From the NCBI GenBank assembly GCA_963798485.1, contig CAWCTR010000030.1, positions 96,001-160,000 on the forward strand: a stretch of DNA of 64,000 bases, in the 5' to 3' direction. Shown here piece after piece: positions 60,947 to 64,000 of the stretch (within the stretch, counting starts at the first letter, position 1; each line of letters starts with the position of its first letter). Position numbers and translations under genes: made by a program. The notes beneath the pieces are model-generated. The model was not told where the DNA came from, searched no databases, and saw only the letters and a list, made by a program, of their open reading frames with translations. The stretch comes from an uncultured delta proteobacterium. Its GTDB lineage: Bacteria > Desulfobacterota > Desulfomonilia > UBA1062.

Positions 60947-61852
60947 ATGAATAAACCAACATGCAGCATTATCGTGCCCTGTTATAACTCATCAAAATAT
61001 CTTCCAGCATGCCTAGATTCCCTTCTCCGGCAGACTTATGTAGATTTTGAGGTGGTGATCATTGATGACGGGTCGACCGATGACACAGATAATGTGATAA
61101 AACCCTATCTGAATGACTCTCGCATGAAATATATCAAACAACAAAATGCCGGACCGGCGAAAGCGAGAAATAAAGGGATTAAGAGTGCAGAAGGTAATTT
61201 CATAGCATTTCTGGATTCAGACGATCTATGGAAAGCAACTAAACTTGAAAAACAGATGCAGCTATTTGCTGATTCTTCTGTTGGTGTTATTTATAGCACT
61301 GCACGATATATCAATGATCTTGGACAGGATGTGTGCTCCCTAAATCGAATGGAGTATCTTAAGCCGCGTGAAGGGAAAGTGACTGACTTCCTGTTTGTCG
61401 ATAATTTTGTTCCCTTCTCTTCCGTTGTCATTCGCAGAGAATGCCTCGATAAAGCAGGTCTGTTTGATGAAGAACTCGGCTCTTCGGAGGATTGGGATTT
61501 ATTGTTGCGTATTTCCGTCTTCTTCGAATTTCGTTATATTGATGAACCGTTGTTATATTATAGATTACATAGTAATCAGGTTTCTCGTGATACTGAGAAA
61601 AGGTTTCTGTATAATGAAAAGATAAGAGAAAAATTTATTAAATGCAACAATGGTTTCATATCACGTAGTATAATCCGACAGGCTGCCGTTTACACATATA
61701 TCCAAGCCGCCTGCTTTTATCAATCAGTCGACATACGCAGGGCGATAAAATACTCTATTCATGCCCTGAGAATAGCTCCCTTGGATATGGGAGTGATTAC
61801 AGGATTCATAAAAACTTGTCTCATGGCCTGTTATTCATTGGGAAGACGATAA
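60947..61852 (+). CDS. Glycosyltransferase family 2
   Basis: SIIVPCYN, IIDDGSTD, NAGPAKARN, AFLDSDD, SEDWDL. Confidence 0.92.
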   Translation: MNKPTCSIIVPCYNSSKYLPACLDSLLRQTYVDFEVVIIDDGSTDDTDNVIKPYLNDSRMKYIKQQNAGPAKARNKGIKSAEGNFIAFLDSDDLWKATKLEKQMQLFADSSVGVIYSTARYINDLGQDVCSLNRMEYLKPREGKVTDFLFVDNFVPFSSVVIRRECLDKAGLFDEELGSSEDWDLLLRISVFFEFRYIDEPLLYYRLHSNQVSRDTEKRFLYNEKIREKFIKCNNGFISRSIIRQAAVYTYIQAACFYQSVDIRRAIKYSIHALRIAPLDMGVITGFIKTCLMACYSLGRR

Positions 61853-61951
61853 GGTTTATTGCTCCGCGATATCCAAAAGGTAAAATTTATGACCGTGGAA
61901 GGATTAACCAGTGAAGAGAAGAGAAAGAATCTCAGGAAAGATTGACTCTCA

Positions 61952-63243
61952 ATGGAAGGCCTCATAGACACTAAGAATGATCCAGATTATACCATAACAG
62001 TTTCTTCTCACGTATCTGAAGACGATGAGACCGCCACAAGTTTGCTGTCTTTTTACATGTTTCTTATCCTGACGTTCATGCTCATTGGAAGACCACAAGA
62101 CGTTTTCATGTTTCTTCGGCCGCTACGGCCCAGCCTAATGGTCTCCTTAATTAATGTAGCATTGGTTCTATTGCAGGGCAGAAGCATTTTTGAAGGGCTT
62201 CTCAGACAATCCATCGGGAGAAAATATCTCTATTTTTTTGAAATGATGATAGTAAGCATACCGTTTGCCTACTTTAGAAGGAATGCATTTGAATTTGTCG
62301 TCTTTCAATACAGTATGAATATGTTATACTTTTGCCTCTTCATTACACATGTCAATTCTTATGATAGAATGAAAGCATTAGTTTTCACGATAGTCTGTTC
62401 AATCTTCTTTTACGGGGTAGTGAGTCTGCGTGGGGGAATCAGCATAGGAGGGAGGTATACTTTTGGATCTATGTACGATCCGAATGATCTGGCGTACCTG
62501 CTAGTGTCACTTGTACCCTTCACGGGTCTTTTTTTCCAGGGGCGTGAAAAGTGGACAACCATGATCCTTGCTATCGTAACTGCTACATATCTCTTATATT
62601 GATTGTATATACCGGTTCCAGAGCCGGATTGATCGGACTTGTTATCCTCCTATTTCTTTTTCTTTTTACCAATATAAGCCCTGTGAAAAGATCGATTAAG
62701 ATCGTATTATTCATCGGTATCATCATTTTCACGGCCGCATATGCAGGGAAGATATTTACCGAGCGAAACTCTACTATCCTCAACCCCGGCGAGGATTACA
62801 ATGTCACAGATGAATACGGCCGCTTAGAACTCTGGAAAAAAGGGGTCGAGTTCACACTGATGAGGCCGTTGACAGGCGTCGGCGCCACATGTTTCCCTGA
62901 GGCAATCGGAGTCAACAGAAAAAAGCGGGGGATTCAGGAGAAATGGCAGGTCGTGCATAATGCATATCTGCAAATATCATCTGAACTGGGATTGATCGCA
63001 TTCATATTCTTTTTTCTGATGCTGAAAGAATCATTTCAGATCTTCAAAAATGCAAGGAGAATAGAAAATAATCTGGAAGGAATGACGTCTATTAATAGGC
63101 TTGCAGGTATTCTTCAAATAAGTTTCATATCCCACCTTTTTGTTGCGGCATTCCTTGCGCAAGGGTACTCTATCTTTTTCACCTTATTCTTTGCCTTTGC
63201 AGTGGTGATTAACAAGATGCAAGGCAGTTTCAAAGGAGGTTAA
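61952..63243 (+). CDS. O-antigen ligase/Wzy-like polymerase, frameshift near 62580
   Basis: YDPNDLA (first ORF) and TGSRAG, GRLELW, RPLTGVG, HNAYLQ..SELG (second ORF). Confidence 0.82.
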
Positions 63244-63245
63244 GA

Positions 63246-63878
63246 ATGGCTTTGGTTAAAAATATAAATCGCATATTAACCAAACTAATTGTTACTGCAA
63301 AAAATTTAAAAAGAACTGCTTACCATCATTATGGAAAACATAAATTCCCAATATTAATATTTATATATTATAGCATATTCAGATTTAATACATTTTATCT
63401 TCTTGGAATTAATCTATTAAATGATTTGCCTCCACACAATCTCGATAATTACTATAGGGTGGTAAAACCAAGCCTCGAAGAACTGGAAAAAATCAGGGAA
63501 GGGAAAGAACTCCCCAGAGAATTTTACTATGACAGGATTTTCAATATAAAAACATGCTATTTGGCCTTTAAGGAAGACGAGCTTGCCTACATACATTGGG
63601 TCTTATTCAAAGGAGACTATAACAGGTTTCTCATATTGGGAGATAAGGTGGCTGAACTGAACTACAACACAACGCTCAAGAAGTTTAGAGGTGATAAACT
63701 CATGGGAAAGATGGTGGCATACATCTGCGAAGATCTGAAAAAATCAGGGTTCAACAAGGCAGTGGGAGTGGCCCATGAATCAAACTTACCATCGATTAAA
63801 GCTACAGAGATTGCTGGTTGGCAGAGAATGGGTGTAATTAGGGCATGGGGCCCATTCAACAGGAAAGTGAAAGTCTGA
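63246..63878 (+). CDS. Hypothetical protein, GNAT-like
   Basis: TLKKFRGDKL and ESNLPS resemble acetyl-CoA binding motifs; AT-rich. Confidence 0.55.
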   Translation: MALVKNINRILTKLIVTAKNLKRTAYHHYGKHKFPILIFIYYSIFRFNTFYLLGINLLNDLPPHNLDNYYRVVKPSLEELEKIREGKELPREFYYDRIFNIKTCYLAFKEDELAYIHWVLFKGDYNRFLILGDKVAELNYNTTLKKFRGDKLMGKMVAYICEDLKKSGFNKAVGVAHESNLPSIKATEIAGWQRMGVIRAWGPFNRKVKV

Positions 63879-63888
63879 AATAATAAAA

Positions 63889-64000
63889 ATGGTAAAGGTC
63901 GCATACATTTTAACCCCTGTTGAATTCGGAGGTTCTGAAAAAGTAAATATTACCTTTTTAAGAAATACTAACAGGGAACGTTACGATATACACCCTATTC
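63889..64000 (+). CDS. Glycosyltransferase family 4, N-terminal fragment
   Basis: MVKVAYILTPVEFGGSEK; open at the window end. Confidence 0.6.
   Translation, partial: MVKVAYILTPVEFGGSEKVNITFLRNTNRERYDIHPI

Overview
Window from a probable anaerobic Desulfobacterota (deltaproteobacterial) genome; the taxonomy is inferred from gene content only. In order it carries: a partial aldehyde:ferredoxin oxidoreductase; a biotin-dependent acyl-CoA carboxylase pair; a TatT-like lipoprotein; a PAS/GAF histidine kinase; an aldehyde dehydrogenase; a selenocysteine formate dehydrogenase (in-frame UGA plus SECIS hairpin) followed by modABC and an FmdE-like gene; an unusual convergent cluster [UbiA prenyltransferase, cytochrome b5/DUF2231] -> <- [cydA, cydB, myo-inositol-1-phosphate synthase, xylose-isomerase-like TIM barrel, UbiE, SAM methyltransferase]; an SF2 helicase; a VOC protein; a putative sigma-54 operon of three tiny membrane proteins; an MCP; dapL; hypAB; a Cys/Met PLP enzyme; PNP; a polyamine operon (XRE regulator, speB, CASDH, nspC, speA); a liv operon; a DUF4258/DUF2283 TA-like pair; a SWIM-SNF2 helicase between REP doublets; and the start of an exosortase-associated exopolysaccharide locus containing a MITE-like element and an IS200. 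The best candidate for an undescribed system is the cytochrome bd / inositol synthase / prenyltransferase / methyltransferase cluster, which may make a prenylated, methylated inositol-derived product, possibly a quinone. Six unrelated genes carry single-base frameshifts, more likely assembly errors than true pseudogenes. No rRNA, tRNA or CRISPR array was recognised by eye.
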